Counted from the stretch's first letter, positions 51,920-60,948 are shown. The stretch: DNA of 64,000 nucleotides from an uncultured Gammaproteobacteria bacterium (GCA_963747595.1 CAVVFO010000002.1:1227508-1291507), one strand, 5' to 3'. Program-made: numbers and translations. Notes: generated by a model from the letters alone, not told the origin.

Positions 51920-53143
51920 TCACTCGGCGCCCCACCACAGCAGGCCGCGGCGCTGCCGGTTGATGTACTTGCGGTCGCCGGTGGCAAACGCGGTCCAGCC
52001 GACAAAGCTGCCATCGCGCTGATCGGCCACCAGCAGCACAATGCGGCCGTGCTTGAGTTGATAGCCCTTGATGAGGCGCGCGCGCACGCGGTGGATGCCC
52101 GTGTCCGCTGCACGCTCCATGTCGACCCATACCTCAAAGGGGTCGGACAACAGGTCGATGAGCAGCGGCAAGTACGGTGAGCGCGCCGGATCCAGATGCG
52201 GTCCAATCACGTCCGCATCCAGTGCGATCGGCAGATCATGCACGTCAAATACACGGTTGTCGCCGCCCAGCAGATCCTTGAGCGCCTGGGTGGTGGCCCG
52301 CGCATCCGGAAAGCGCGGCCCCAGCGGAACAGGGGCCGGCGCTAGCGGAATGCGATCGGGCCGGCCTAGATCGCGCCATGTGGTCCCCAGCACGTCATCC
52401 CATGATGCCGTGGCCTGCGCGCCAGCGGTGGCCACATCGCGCGCCACGTGCTCGCGCAGCCAGGCATCGCGTCCCGGCGTGTAGCCAAAGCCCGGGTCAA
52501 TGCCCGCCGGCGTCTCCACGGTGCGCGGCGAGGGTCCGCGCACGCCGACGGTATGTGTTTCGGTACCATCGTCCGGCGCGGTATCCGGGCCGGACTTTCC
52601 CATGCGCGCGAGGTCCCGCGCGTTGAGCGCGTCCACGGTGCACTGGCAGCCCCAGCCGCCGGGCGGAAAATGTGCCTGCCACCACGGGTCATCCGCATGC
52701 AGTACCAGGCCATCCCATGATTCATGCAGCGGGCGCGGGTGTTTCTCGCCATCGGCATGGCGGTAGCGCCAGTACGGACGCACGGTCTTGACGCGCTGCA
52801 GCTGCGCGTAACGGCCGGCGGCGTAGCTGGTGCGCAGATTGGTCTCGTAGATGACCCGGCTGCGCCAGTTGCGCCCGCCGTTGTAGTCCCAGCCGTAGCG
52901 CGCGACGATCGCATCGAAATCCTTGCGGAAGGTGGCCAGCGAGGTGCCCTGCGAGATGGCCTTGTCTACTGCGGCACGGAAGTCCGCCACAAGGTCCGCG
53001 CGATTGGCGCCGGCCACCACGAACGCGTGGTCGTGCGCCTCATTGAGGATGTCCGTCCAGCTGTGGGTGGGCAGGTTGACCTTGGCGCGCAGGAACGCGA
53101 TCTGCTCGCTGAAAGGGAGCGACCCGTAGGAGGCATCAGCCAT
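51920..53143 (-). CDS. MuF (gp30) head morphogenesis protein with C-terminal PBECR2-like extension
   Basis: IYETNLRTSYAAGR, HPRPLHESWDG, HFPPGGWGCQC MuF motifs; tail LSDPFEVW...GWTAF..RKYINRQRRGLL. Confidence 0.85.
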   Translation of the reverse strand: MADASYGSLPFSEQIAFLRAKVNLPTHSWTDILNEAHDHAFVVAGANRADLVADFRAAVDKAISQGTSLATFRKDFDAIVARYGWDYNGGRNWRSRVIYETNLRTSYAAGRYAQLQRVKTVRPYWRYRHADGEKHPRPLHESWDGLVLHADDPWWQAHFPPGGWGCQCTVDALNARDLARMGKSGPDTAPDDGTETHTVGVRGPSPRTVETPAGIDPGFGYTPGRDAWLREHVARDVATAGAQATASWDDVLGTTWRDLGRPDRIPLAPAPVPLGPRFPDARATTQALKDLLGGDNRVFDVHDLPIALDADVIGPHLDPARSPYLPLLIDLLSDPFEVWVDMERAADTGIHRVRARLIKGYQLKHGRIVLLVADQRDGSFVGWTAFATGDRKYINRQRRGLLWWGAE

Positions 53144-53306
53144 GTCGCCGCTCACGCAGCGCCGCGTCCCAGCCTGCCTTGAATGCTTCTACGAGACGGT
53201 TTTCCAGATACTCCGACCGCGGCGCGCCCGCCTTGCAGCGCTCGGCCACGTCGGTGACCAGCCACGCATCGCGGGCTTTGGCCAGGTCGCTGCGCTGGTC
53301 GCTCAT
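53136..53306 (-). CDS. Small hypothetical protein (56 aa) between portal and MuF
   Basis: ATGA overlap with the portal stop and ATGGCTGA overlap with the MuF start; MSDQRSDLAKARDAW...AFKAGWDAALRERRHG. Confidence 0.6.
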   Translation of the reverse strand: MSDQRSDLAKARDAWLVTDVAERCKAGAPRSEYLENRLVEAFKAGWDAALRERRHG

Positions 53307-54868
53307 GAGGCACCCGCCTCCTTCAGCAGCTCGTAACGCCCGGCCAGTGCGGCCGCTGCCAGTGCCTGCTGCATGGCACCCGTGTACTCATCCAGGCTCA
53401 TGTCCGGCATCAGCTGCATCAGGCCATCGCGCAGGCCCTGCATGTCGTCGGCAGTTTCGGCCAGGTGCCGGATCTTGCCGATCCACGCATCCACGGCGGG
53501 CGAAACCTGGGCGCTGGCGCGTCCGGCCATGCGTTGCGCGGCATCGGGCAGCACGTCGCTGGCGGCGGCAAATGCGGCGCTGGTGCCATCGGAGGCGTTG
53601 GCCGGCGGCAGGCCCGTGGCCGGTGGCTGGCCGGCGGCCGATTGTCCCTGTGGCGCCTGCGCCGGCGGGGTCGGCTGCGCTTGCTCTTCCCAGCCCTCGC
53701 CGTAGGTCTCCTGAATATATGACAACGTGGGTTTGAAACCCATGTCAAACACCGTTTTATCGCGCGTTGCAAGCAGATCCATGTCTTCAGGCGGATCCAC
53801 CACGCGGTACACGCGCGGCGGCTTGGCGTTGGGAAAGTTCCACTCGGTCAGCCAGCGCGCCGGGCCGGTGTTCCAGCTCTCGCACACCAGGTCTGAATCG
53901 GCCTTGATGATGTCGGCGCGGGTGTCGTCGTGGGTCTTGTCCGATCCCAGGCGCCCGGAGGTCTGCATGATGGTGGCCGTCTGCCCCAGCACGATGCGGG
54001 AAATGGCCTCATCCATCGTGGTGTGCAGGTCTTTGTAATCCGCCGTGCCGGAGCGCGCGGCCTCGATCAGCTCCACCGCCATGCCGTCGGGCATGATCAC
54101 GCCGGCATCGGTGGTGATGGCGCTCACCGCGTTGAGCAACGCCTGTTTTTCATCGGCGCCGGCGCCGGAGGGATAGCTGCCCTTGGCGGTGGGCATGCCG
54201 AACTTCTCCAGGAAGATCAGCCAGAACTTCATGTCCTGGCGCTTGAACAGCACTGGCCAGTACAGCCAGTGCGCAAGGCCCAGTCCATACGGCTCATCAT
54301 CGTGATCGGCGCCCACCTCGAAATGCCAGAAGTAGGGCGGCTCGGCGGGCAGGCCGTGCAGCATGTGTTCGTAGGTCAGCAGCCGCAGGTGGCCTTTGTT
54401 GTCGAAGCGGAACCGGCGGCGATGGCGCACGCGGCATTCATCAAGCGTGATCTGCGCGCCATCGCGCGCATAGATCAGCTCGGACACCGCGTAGCCGTAG
54501 AACACGCCGAACAGCATCTTTTTGGTGACGTTGTCCCAGCCGATGTGATGCAGCTGCTGCTTCATGAACTCGGCGGCTTTCTTGTCCTGGCGCGATGGGC
54601 CACCAGGCTCCACGCTCCACTCGCACTTGGTCACCGCCAGCTGGCGTTGCTCCAGCGCGCCCTTGACCATCGCATCAGAGAGCACGCTCTCGTACAGGCG
54701 CAGGTCGAATCCGCTGCGATCGCGCAGCACCGTGTCATACGGCTCAAGGAGTGGCCCAAGGTAGCCGCGGGTGATGTCCTGCCCGTTGGTGATCACCGCG
54801 ATTTCGCGGTTGATCTGCGGGTTGCCCCTGGTCAGCTTGTCTTCACGGGTCTGTTCGCTCATCCCCAA
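53303..54868 (-). CDS. Portal protein (Mu gp29, DUF935)
   Basis: KMLFGVFYGYAVSE, WLIFLEKFGMP, SRIVLGQT, DIIKADSDL. Confidence 0.9.
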   Translation of the reverse strand: MGMSEQTREDKLTRGNPQINREIAVITNGQDITRGYLGPLLEPYDTVLRDRSGFDLRLYESVLSDAMVKGALEQRQLAVTKCEWSVEPGGPSRQDKKAAEFMKQQLHHIGWDNVTKKMLFGVFYGYAVSELIYARDGAQITLDECRVRHRRRFRFDNKGHLRLLTYEHMLHGLPAEPPYFWHFEVGADHDDEPYGLGLAHWLYWPVLFKRQDMKFWLIFLEKFGMPTAKGSYPSGAGADEKQALLNAVSAITTDAGVIMPDGMAVELIEAARSGTADYKDLHTTMDEAISRIVLGQTATIMQTSGRLGSDKTHDDTRADIIKADSDLVCESWNTGPARWLTEWNFPNAKPPRVYRVVDPPEDMDLLATRDKTVFDMGFKPTLSYIQETYGEGWEEQAQPTPPAQAPQGQSAAGQPPATGLPPANASDGTSAAFAAASDVLPDAAQRMAGRASAQVSPAVDAWIGKIRHLAETADDMQGLRDGLMQLMPDMSLDEYTGAMQQALAAAALAGRYELLKEAGAS

Positions 54869-56478
54869 CCTCCAAAGTCTTGACGGCCCGGCACCACGCC
54901 AAACCCGCGGTCCATCTGCAGTGGCGCGGGGATATCGCCGGACAGGCTGGCGCGGCGGCCGGTGGATTGATATTCGATGGGTGCGGACAGGTTGCGGCTG
55001 GCGTAATGCATCAGCGCGATGCTGATGGCCGCATCGCCGTGGCGCTTGCCGCCGTCCTTGCCGGTGGAGCGTTGATCGGGCACGCGGGCCACGCCGCGGA
55101 TCAGCTTCAGCAGGCGCAGGTCGGAGGCCGTGTCCGCGTCGCGCGGTATTTCGATGGTGGCATCCTCGAACGCGGCCTTGAGCGGCGGCATCTGCTCGCG
55201 GTACCAGGTCTCGGAGAGCTTCACCAGCTCGATGCGTGCATAGCCGTAGCGCTGCGCCATGAACTCGGCCACGGCGCTTCCGTTGCCGCCGGCATCAAAG
55301 GCGCCCTTGGCGAAGTTTGGCAATCGGTCGCCGATGAAGAACAGCACCTGCTCTTGCTGGCGGTGCGGCATGTTGCGCAGCTCCAGCATGAACGGGATGC
55401 GCCGCGTCAGCGTCTGCCCGATCTGCGCCGGCGTGATCACGGTCAAGTCACCCGTGCGGCCAAAGTCCTCGCCCAGCACGCTCTGCAGGCGCGGGTCCAG
55501 CTCGGCCAGCAGCGGCGCCACTTCCAGATCCAGCCAGCCCTGGATGACGGCATGGCGGTGCACGTCCGGCTCTTTCTCGAATCCCTTGGGGCAGGTATAA
55601 CGCAGCACCGGCACGCCGATCATGCGCGCCTCGATCAGCACACCGGACAGCCAGGTGCCGGAGCCTTGCGACGGGATCACGTCCAGCTCTTCGCTGGCAG
55701 CATCGCCGTACGTGTTGCGGATCGCCGTCACCCAGGCGTTTTCGGTGTCCTGCGTCCACGCCTTGTGCTGGCGCAGGCTGACGCGCTGAAACAGGCCCTC
55801 GACCACGGCCTCATCAAAGGTGATGCGGTGCACGCTGCCGGCGCGCTTGCCGGCGCGGATATCCTCGATCAGCTGGTTGAACGCATTGTCCACGCCGTTG
55901 TGCGTGGAGATGATGCGCACCTTGCCGCCCCACATCAGCAGCGCGATTGCGGCCTTGAGCAGTTCATCCAGCTGGCCGTGGAACGCGGCCTCATCGATCA
56001 CCACCACGCCCTGCTTGCCGCGCAGGTTGGCCGGCCGGCTGGACAGCGCCACGATGCGGAAGTTGGATGCAAAGCGGATGGTGTAGGTCTTGATGGCCTT
56101 GTCGTCTTTGCCATCGGTGAAGATCTCCTCGCCTTCCTCGATCTCGCCGGCCGCCTGGTGAAACGTGCGCGCCCACATGGCGCAGGCCTCGATGTACTCG
56201 ATGGCCATGTCCATGTTGTAGCCGATGTAGTACACGTTCTGGCCGCCAGCGGACCGAGCGGCGCCGGCAATCAGCACATCGTCGCCGGCCTCGGCCCAGG
56301 TGAGGCCGGTGCGGCGGCTTTTCTCGGCCACCTTGAGGTCGCTTTCATCCTCCACCCAGCGCTTCTGGTACGGCAGGAACGCGGCCGGCACATCGCTATC
56401 GGCGGTGCTGGGGATGTCGTCCCGCAGCTTGTTGTCAACAGCCGCTGATACGGGACGCTTGGCGACAGAGGTGCTCAT
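54859..56478 (-). CDS. Terminase large subunit (Mu gp28-like)
   Basis: LPYQKRW, EKSRRTGLTW, NLRGKQG.VVIDEAAFH, ISTHNG, GEDFGRTGDL, HGDAAIS. Confidence 0.93.
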   Translation of the reverse strand: MSTSVAKRPVSAAVDNKLRDDIPSTADSDVPAAFLPYQKRWVEDESDLKVAEKSRRTGLTWAEAGDDVLIAGAARSAGGQNVYYIGYNMDMAIEYIEACAMWARTFHQAAGEIEEGEEIFTDGKDDKAIKTYTIRFASNFRIVALSSRPANLRGKQGVVVIDEAAFHGQLDELLKAAIALLMWGGKVRIISTHNGVDNAFNQLIEDIRAGKRAGSVHRITFDEAVVEGLFQRVSLRQHKAWTQDTENAWVTAIRNTYGDAASEELDVIPSQGSGTWLSGVLIEARMIGVPVLRYTCPKGFEKEPDVHRHAVIQGWLDLEVAPLLAELDPRLQSVLGEDFGRTGDLTVITPAQIGQTLTRRIPFMLELRNMPHRQQEQVLFFIGDRLPNFAKGAFDAGGNGSAVAEFMAQRYGYARIELVKLSETWYREQMPPLKAAFEDATIEIPRDADTASDLRLLKLIRGVARVPDQRSTGKDGGKRHGDAAISIALMHYASRNLSAPIEYQSTGRRASLSGDIPAPLQMDRGFGVVPGRQDFGGWG

Positions 56479-57029
56479 GCGATGCCCAGAATCTCTTTGC
56501 GGATGGTCTCGGTGGCGCTGGCGCTCAGGCCGCCGGACTTGGTCACGGCCTTGAGCTTTTCATCCTGCTCGGCCTGCAGCTCCTCGCGCGCCAGGCGTTT
56601 GATCTGCTGGCGCTCGGCCAGGCTCATCTTGCGGGCCTCCAGCACGGCGCGGGCGCCGCGGGCCAGCTCGCCCACTTCCTTGATGCTCAGGGCGTCGGCA
56701 TCCGGATCGGTCGCGCTCAGCGCGGCGTGCGTGGCCAGCGTGGTCACCGCCTGCACCAGCAGCTGGCCGGCGCGGTCATCGGGGTCTTCGCCGAGCTCCG
56801 CCACCAAGGACGTGCCGGCGGCCTGGATATCGCGCATGCGCCCGGCCAGCTCGTCCACGTGCTGCTTGTAACGGCCCAGGCTGGAGCGGCTGGGCGGCGC
56901 GGCACCCGGGAACTTGGCGCGGATGGCGGCCAGCATACCGTCCAGCGTCAGCCGGTCCTCGCGCAGCAGCTTTTCCACATAGCGGCGCTGCGCGTCCGGC
57001 AGCGTCTTGATTTTGGAACGGCGCGGCAT
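56475..57029 (-). CDS. DUF3486 (Mu gp27-like, probable small terminase)
   Basis: MPRRSKIKTLP, PSRSSLGRY, IRKEILGI. Confidence 0.85.
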   Translation of the reverse strand: MPRRSKIKTLPDAQRRYVEKLLREDRLTLDGMLAAIRAKFPGAAPPSRSSLGRYKQHVDELAGRMRDIQAAGTSLVAELGEDPDDRAGQLLVQAVTTLATHAALSATDPDADALSIKEVGELARGARAVLEARKMSLAERQQIKRLAREELQAEQDEKLKAVTKSGGLSASATETIRKEILGIA

Positions 57030-57328
57030 CAGTGCGGGCTCGGCTGGCTCACGCCGGGGGCCATCGCGCGGCCGGCGGCCACGTCGTCGCCGCGCGCGGT
57101 GATGGTGGCCACCTCCACGCCGGGCACGGCTTCTTCCACGCGTACCAGGTTCTGCTCGGCCAGCCAGTGCAGATCGGTCAGCACGTGGTCGCGCGTGGTG
57201 ACCACGCCCAGGTGCTGCAGTCCGGCGTGGATGTTGCTGGAGTTGAGCCGGTAACCCGGCTGCTCGCGCAGCAGGCGCAGCACCACCAGTCGGCGGTCCT
57301 CGCGCAAACGGTCCTCGAACGATTTCAT
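57029..57328 (-). CDS. Mu gp26-like winged-helix protein
   Basis: EDRRLVVLRLL, DLHWLAEQNLV, TARGDDVAAGRA..PGV. Confidence 0.82.
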   Translation of the reverse strand: MKSFEDRLREDRRLVVLRLLREQPGYRLNSSNIHAGLQHLGVVTTRDHVLTDLHWLAEQNLVRVEEAVPGVEVATITARGDDVAAGRAMAPGVSQPSPH

Positions 57329-57651
57329 GATTCCTTCTCCAGCAGGTGTTTCTGAATGGATTGCAGCAGCTGCACGGTGGTCTGGTTCTGCCCGTGCACG
57401 GTGCTGACGGTTTCGCGGAAGGCCTCGATGTGCTCGCGCAGGCGCTGCAGGTCGCCTTGCGTGGGCAGGTACTCGATACGCATCTCCACGGTATGCACGC
57501 GCCGCTCCAGCGAGATGGAGGCCTCTTCCATCGCCTTGCAGTTGTCCTGATACCCGCCCATGCGCCTGGCCAGCGCCATCTGGCCAAACAGGTTGATGAT
57601 CAGCAACGCAATGACGATGCCGGCGAGGATGACTGCCAGCGTGATATTCAT
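57325..57651 (-). CDS. Membrane-anchored coiled-coil protein (DUF2730-like)
   Basis: N-terminal TM helix, LPTQGDLQRL, IQKHLLE. Confidence 0.65.
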   Translation of the reverse strand: MNITLAVILAGIVIALLIINLFGQMALARRMGGYQDNCKAMEEASISLERRVHTVEMRIEYLPTQGDLQRLREHIEAFRETVSTVHGQNQTTVQLLQSIQKHLLEKES

Positions 57652-57884
57652 CGGTACCCCCGTGACCGTTGTTCGTGATCTGTTGCACATGACACGCAGC
57701 GGCTGGCACAGCCACGCAGCGCTTTGAGACGTGCCGGTTCGATGGGTTCGTCGCAGTCCATGCAGATGCCTTGCATGGATCCATCGTTGGGCTTGAACGA
57801 TTCGGCGATGCGCCGGCGCTGCGCAGATAGCGCGCGCTCCAGGTCCTGATCAGCGGCATCGGTGGCGCGGTCGATGTCATCCAT
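57648..57884 (-). CDS. TraR/DksA C4 zinc-finger protein
   Basis: MDDIDRA, CMDCDEPIEPARL, RCVSCAT. Confidence 0.88.
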   Translation of the reverse strand: MDDIDRATDAADQDLERALSAQRRRIAESFKPNDGSMQGICMDCDEPIEPARLKALRGCASRCVSCATDHEQRSRGYR

Positions 57885-58086
57885 GTTTCACCAGCTTTCC
57901 GGTGGCAACCGTGCGCCGCAGGCGGTCCGCGGCGGCGCGGAAGCAGCGCCCGTGCATGGCGCGCAGACGCCGCTCCACCGTCGTCATGGTGGTATCGCCG
58001 TGCTCCACGCTGCGCGCCTCGGCCTCGAACGAGGCGGCCAGGCGCTCCATCAGCGCGCGATCCACGCGTGCGTTATTTGCCTGCAT
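57877..58086 (-). CDS. Hypothetical protein
   Basis: 69-aa ORF coupled to both neighbours; GGAGG RBS. Confidence 0.6.
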   Translation of the reverse strand: MQANNARVDRALMERLAASFEAEARSVEHGDTTMTTVERRLRAMHGRCFRAAADRLRRTVATGKLVKHG

Positions 58087-58399
58087 CGTGGCCTCCCAGC
58101 TGGGAGGCGTCGGCGCGGTCGGCATTGGCGCGTTTGATCAGGCCGCGCAGCGCGGGGATCTGCAGCAGGCCGTCGATCACGCAAACGGCCGGTTTTCCCT
58201 TGTAGGCGCAATGCTCGGGCGGCCGTCGGGGCATGTCGATGTGTTGCGTCAGCGCCGGGGGCACAGGCACGTACTGGATCACCGGCATGTCAATGACCTC
58301 CGGCCGCACCAGCGCTTGCTGCGGGCGCTGGCCACAGGCGGTCAGAGACAGCAGGGCAAATAGCACCATGCTCGAGGTCAGCACACGCTGGGGTTTCAT
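58073..58399 (-). CDS. o-spanin (Rz1-like lipoprotein)
   Basis: LLSLTA-C lipobox, Pro-rich body, starts inside the 3' end of the i-spanin gene. Confidence 0.72.
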   Translation of the reverse strand: MKPQRVLTSSMVLFALLSLTACGQRPQQALVRPEVIDMPVIQYVPVPPALTQHIDMPRRPPEHCAYKGKPAVCVIDGLLQIPALRGLIKRANADRADASQLGGHDAGK

Positions 58400-58727
58400 G
58401 GGCAATGCTCCGTGTGAGCGCGATGTTCTTATCCGTGGCGGCGGCCAGATGCGCCTGCAGTGCGTCGCGGTTTGCCAGGATGGCCTGGGCCTTGGCATGA
58501 AGGGTCTGCATCTGGTTCAGGCGTTTGGCTGCCGCGGCCCGCATGTGATCGATCACCGCGGCTTGAGACTGGTTGGCGCTTGTGCACACGGCGGCATTGC
58601 TGCCCACGCGCGCCAGCGTCTTGGCATCGTGCTGCGAACGCAGATACCAGCCGCCGAGCATGCCCAGAGATACCAGCAGCACCAGCACCAGCAACACCAG
58701 GCCCCACTTGATCAGTACGGCGCTCAT
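58290..58727 (-). CDS. i-spanin (Rz-like)
   Basis: N-terminal TM helix, Ala-rich coiled coil, C-terminal Cys pair; follows the endolysin. Confidence 0.72.
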   Translation of the reverse strand: MSAVLIKWGLVLLVLVLLVSLGMLGGWYLRSQHDAKTLARVGSNAAVCTSANQSQAAVIDHMRAAAAKRLNQMQTLHAKAQAILANRDALQAHLAAATDKNIALTRSIAHETPACADLEHGAICPAVSDRLWPAPAASAGAAGGH

Positions 58728-59494
58728 CGGCACACCGCCTTGCCTTCCCATCCGTCGGCGATGTACGCAGGCTCCAGCACCGTCAAAATGTGGCGCACGT
58801 AGTGGCGGTTCTGGCGGTAGTTGGGCAGGCTGCGATCACGGAACATCGCAGTATTGCGGAACCATCGCGTGCCGTCGTATCCGGCGCGCTCGGCCAATGC
58901 CTGTTCATGGTGTAGGCGCACGCCGCCACCGTTGTAGGCCGAGAGCGCAAACGCCCATGTAGAGCACGGCGTGGCGCCGTGGTGGCGATCCACCAGCCAC
59001 TTGTCATAGATGGCGGCAGCCATCGCCGCCTGCTGCGGATCCCACGGGTCAAAGTGCCCCAGCTGGTCCGGGAACTGCTGTGCAATCCAGCGCGCCGTGC
59101 CAGGCATGAACTGCGCCAGGCCTTCGGCGCCCACGGCGCTGCGCGCATGCGGATTCCAGCTTGATTCCTGATGCAACTGCGCGGCCAGACGCGCCGGCGA
59201 GGCTTTCACGCCGAACTGCTCCACCGCGGCCTGATCCACATAGTGGCGGTACAGCGCACTGGCGGGTGGGATCTGTACGCGGTGATGCGTCACGGCCGCG
59301 TGAGCGGGCAGCGACAGCATCAGACAGCCGAGAAGGATGAATGCCACGCAGCAGATCGTGTGGATATGACGCCACACCTGCGCGAACTTGAGGTTGCTCT
59401 CGCGCGGAATGCGGCGCGCAATCAGCGCGTACAGGCCAAGCGCAAGGCAGCCACAGGCCATCAGGTACTTGAAAACGATCAAGGCGAGGATCAC
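58724..59494 (-). CDS. Lytic transglycosylase endolysin with N-terminal hydrophobic segments
   Basis: HQESSWNPHARSAVGAEGLAQFMPGTA SLT motif, ALSAYNGG; signal-peptide-like ILLGCLMLSLPAHA. Confidence 0.88.
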   Translation of the reverse strand: MILALIVFKYLMACGCLALGLYALIARRIPRESNLKFAQVWRHIHTICCVAFILLGCLMLSLPAHAAVTHHRVQIPPASALYRHYVDQAAVEQFGVKASPARLAAQLHQESSWNPHARSAVGAEGLAQFMPGTARWIAQQFPDQLGHFDPWDPQQAAMAAAIYDKWLVDRHHGATPCSTWAFALSAYNGGGVRLHHEQALAERAGYDGTRWFRNTAMFRDRSLPNYRQNRHYVRHILTVLEPAYIADGWEGKAVCR

Positions 59495-59814
59495 GGCATC
59501 AGCCCCGCGGCCACGATGGTGGCAGCGATGATGGTGGCCCGGCGCGTCTGCGCCATCGCCTTCTCGATGCCGTCCAGGTTCTCCGGCTTCTGCTTGGGCG
59601 CGGCCGCGCGATCAAACCCCAGGCCCATCACTGCGGCCAAGCTCAGCTTGGAGACAATCCACAGATAGCTGCCGGCCTTGGCCGGGTTGAACCAGATCGC
59701 GATCACTGCCAGCAGCAGCAGCGACAATAGCGCCCACAGCGCCATGCGGCCCATGCCATCCACGGCGGCGGCAAAGCCCGTGTAAACGGCATTCAAGCGC
59801 GATTTGATATCCAT
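59491..59814 (-). CDS. Putative holin
   Basis: 107 aa, about three hydrophobic segments, terminal RRATIIAATIVAAG; first gene of the lysis cassette. Confidence 0.75.
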   Translation of the reverse strand: MDIKSRLNAVYTGFAAAVDGMGRMALWALLSLLLLAVIAIWFNPAKAGSYLWIVSKLSLAAVMGLGFDRAAAPKQKPENLDGIEKAMAQTRRATIIAATIVAAGLMP

Positions 59815-59904
59815 ACCCGGATCCGTAGAAAAGGCCGGGCGCTCCGGGGAAGGGAAAGCGCCCGGCAGGATGCGCTCTTCTGGCGCACTTGCTCTGGAGG
59901 TTTG

Positions 59905-59948
59905 ATGGTATGGATGCAGCCGGGGCGGCTGGGTGCGACGCGCGTCGC
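59905..59948 (-). promoter_or_regulatory. Predicted activator-dependent late promoter of the lysis operon (Plys-like)
   Basis: GGGTGCGACGCGCGTCGC (59931-59948); TACCAT -10-like hexamer 20 nt downstream on the minus strand. Confidence 0.72.
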
Positions 59949-59952
59949 AACG

Positions 59953-59978
59953 AAAAAGCCCCGCACTGGGCGGGGCTT
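59953..59978 (-). terminator. Intrinsic terminator ending the middle operon
   Basis: Minus strand AAGCCCCGC-CCAGT-GCGGGGCTT-TTT after the lipoprotein gene. Confidence 0.85.
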
Positions 59979-60010
59979 GATGGGTGAACGCGAAGTTTTA
60001 GATCGTAGCG

Positions 60011-60523
60011 CTATTGCGTTTGCGCGTCATCCATACGCTGGCACGATCCGTTACTGCAGGTGATGTGCAGCGATCGCCCGTCCGGGCAGGATGCCTCATA
60101 CAAATCGCGTGTGTCGTTACGGCGTAGCGCGGAAAGGGTGCCGCTGCAGCCGTGATACGTCGCATAGGCCTGGGCCGCAGCATACATGGTGTCTGCATTG
60201 CGCGGATGCGCCGGTTGCGGGGCATGATCCGGGCCGCGCATCGCGGAAGTCATCTGCTGCGTGCCGCCCGTGCCGCCCGTGCCGGTCTTGCATTCAACCG
60301 TGATTTCATAATCCAGCGGTCGGCGCTGGCCTTGAGGCGAGATGAGATAGTACCCCTGCGGGCATTCCTCATCGGCTTTTCCGTACGCACTGCCCACGGT
60401 CATGCCGTGGATCGCATAAAGCGGACCGCCGTGCGGCCCATGCTTGTAACTGTTCACCGTTGCACAGCCGGTCAGCGCTGCCATGCACAGCACCGCGCTC
60501 ACAGCAAAGATTAGCGTTTTCAT
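60011..60523 (-). CDS. Accessory Cys-rich lipoprotein
   Basis: MKTLIFAVSAVLCMAALTG-C lipobox; six further Cys in two domains joined by GTGGTGG. Confidence 0.75.
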   Translation of the reverse strand: MKTLIFAVSAVLCMAALTGCATVNSYKHGPHGGPLYAIHGMTVGSAYGKADEECPQGYYLISPQGQRRPLDYEITVECKTGTGGTGGTQQMTSAMRGPDHAPQPAHPRNADTMYAAAQAYATYHGCSGTLSALRRNDTRDLYEASCPDGRSLHITCSNGSCQRMDDAQTQ

Positions 60524-60948
60524 GGATTCTCCCCTTGTTCGCCGAACAGACGTCCCTGCCGCTTTCGGATCTGCAACGCGCGCTGCTCGGCATAAACGCG
60601 TTGCACATGGCGCACAGTGTACCCAAACCTGTCCGCCAGTTGCTCGACGTTGCGGCCGTTGTGCAAAAGATAGATCTCCCTGGCGACGAGGGCCTGTTTG
60701 AGCCGATCACCACGCGGCAGGTACACCGGGCGACCACCAAAGTCCTGCGCCAGCACCGCGACCAGCTCCTGCGCTTCTTGCACCGCATCCTCACGGTTGC
60801 GGCCACGCCTGCCGTAGAACGCGGCAAAGGTGTCCACCATGCCAGCCAGTGTCGATGCCCACTTGTGCTCGGGCACGTCGACATCGCCGATCTGCTCCAC
60901 CAGGTCGGCGTTGTCATCACTCAGCGCCAGGTCGGCTTGCGCACTCAT
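60520..60948 (-). CDS. mor: Mor/C-family transcription activator
   Basis: FGGRPVYLPRGD and C-terminal HTH (NVEQLADRFGYTVRHVQRVY). Confidence 0.9.
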   Translation of the reverse strand: MSAQADLALSDDNADLVEQIGDVDVPEHKWASTLAGMVDTFAAFYGRRGRNREDAVQEAQELVAVLAQDFGGRPVYLPRGDRLKQALVAREIYLLHNGRNVEQLADRFGYTVRHVQRVYAEQRALQIRKRQGRLFGEQGENP

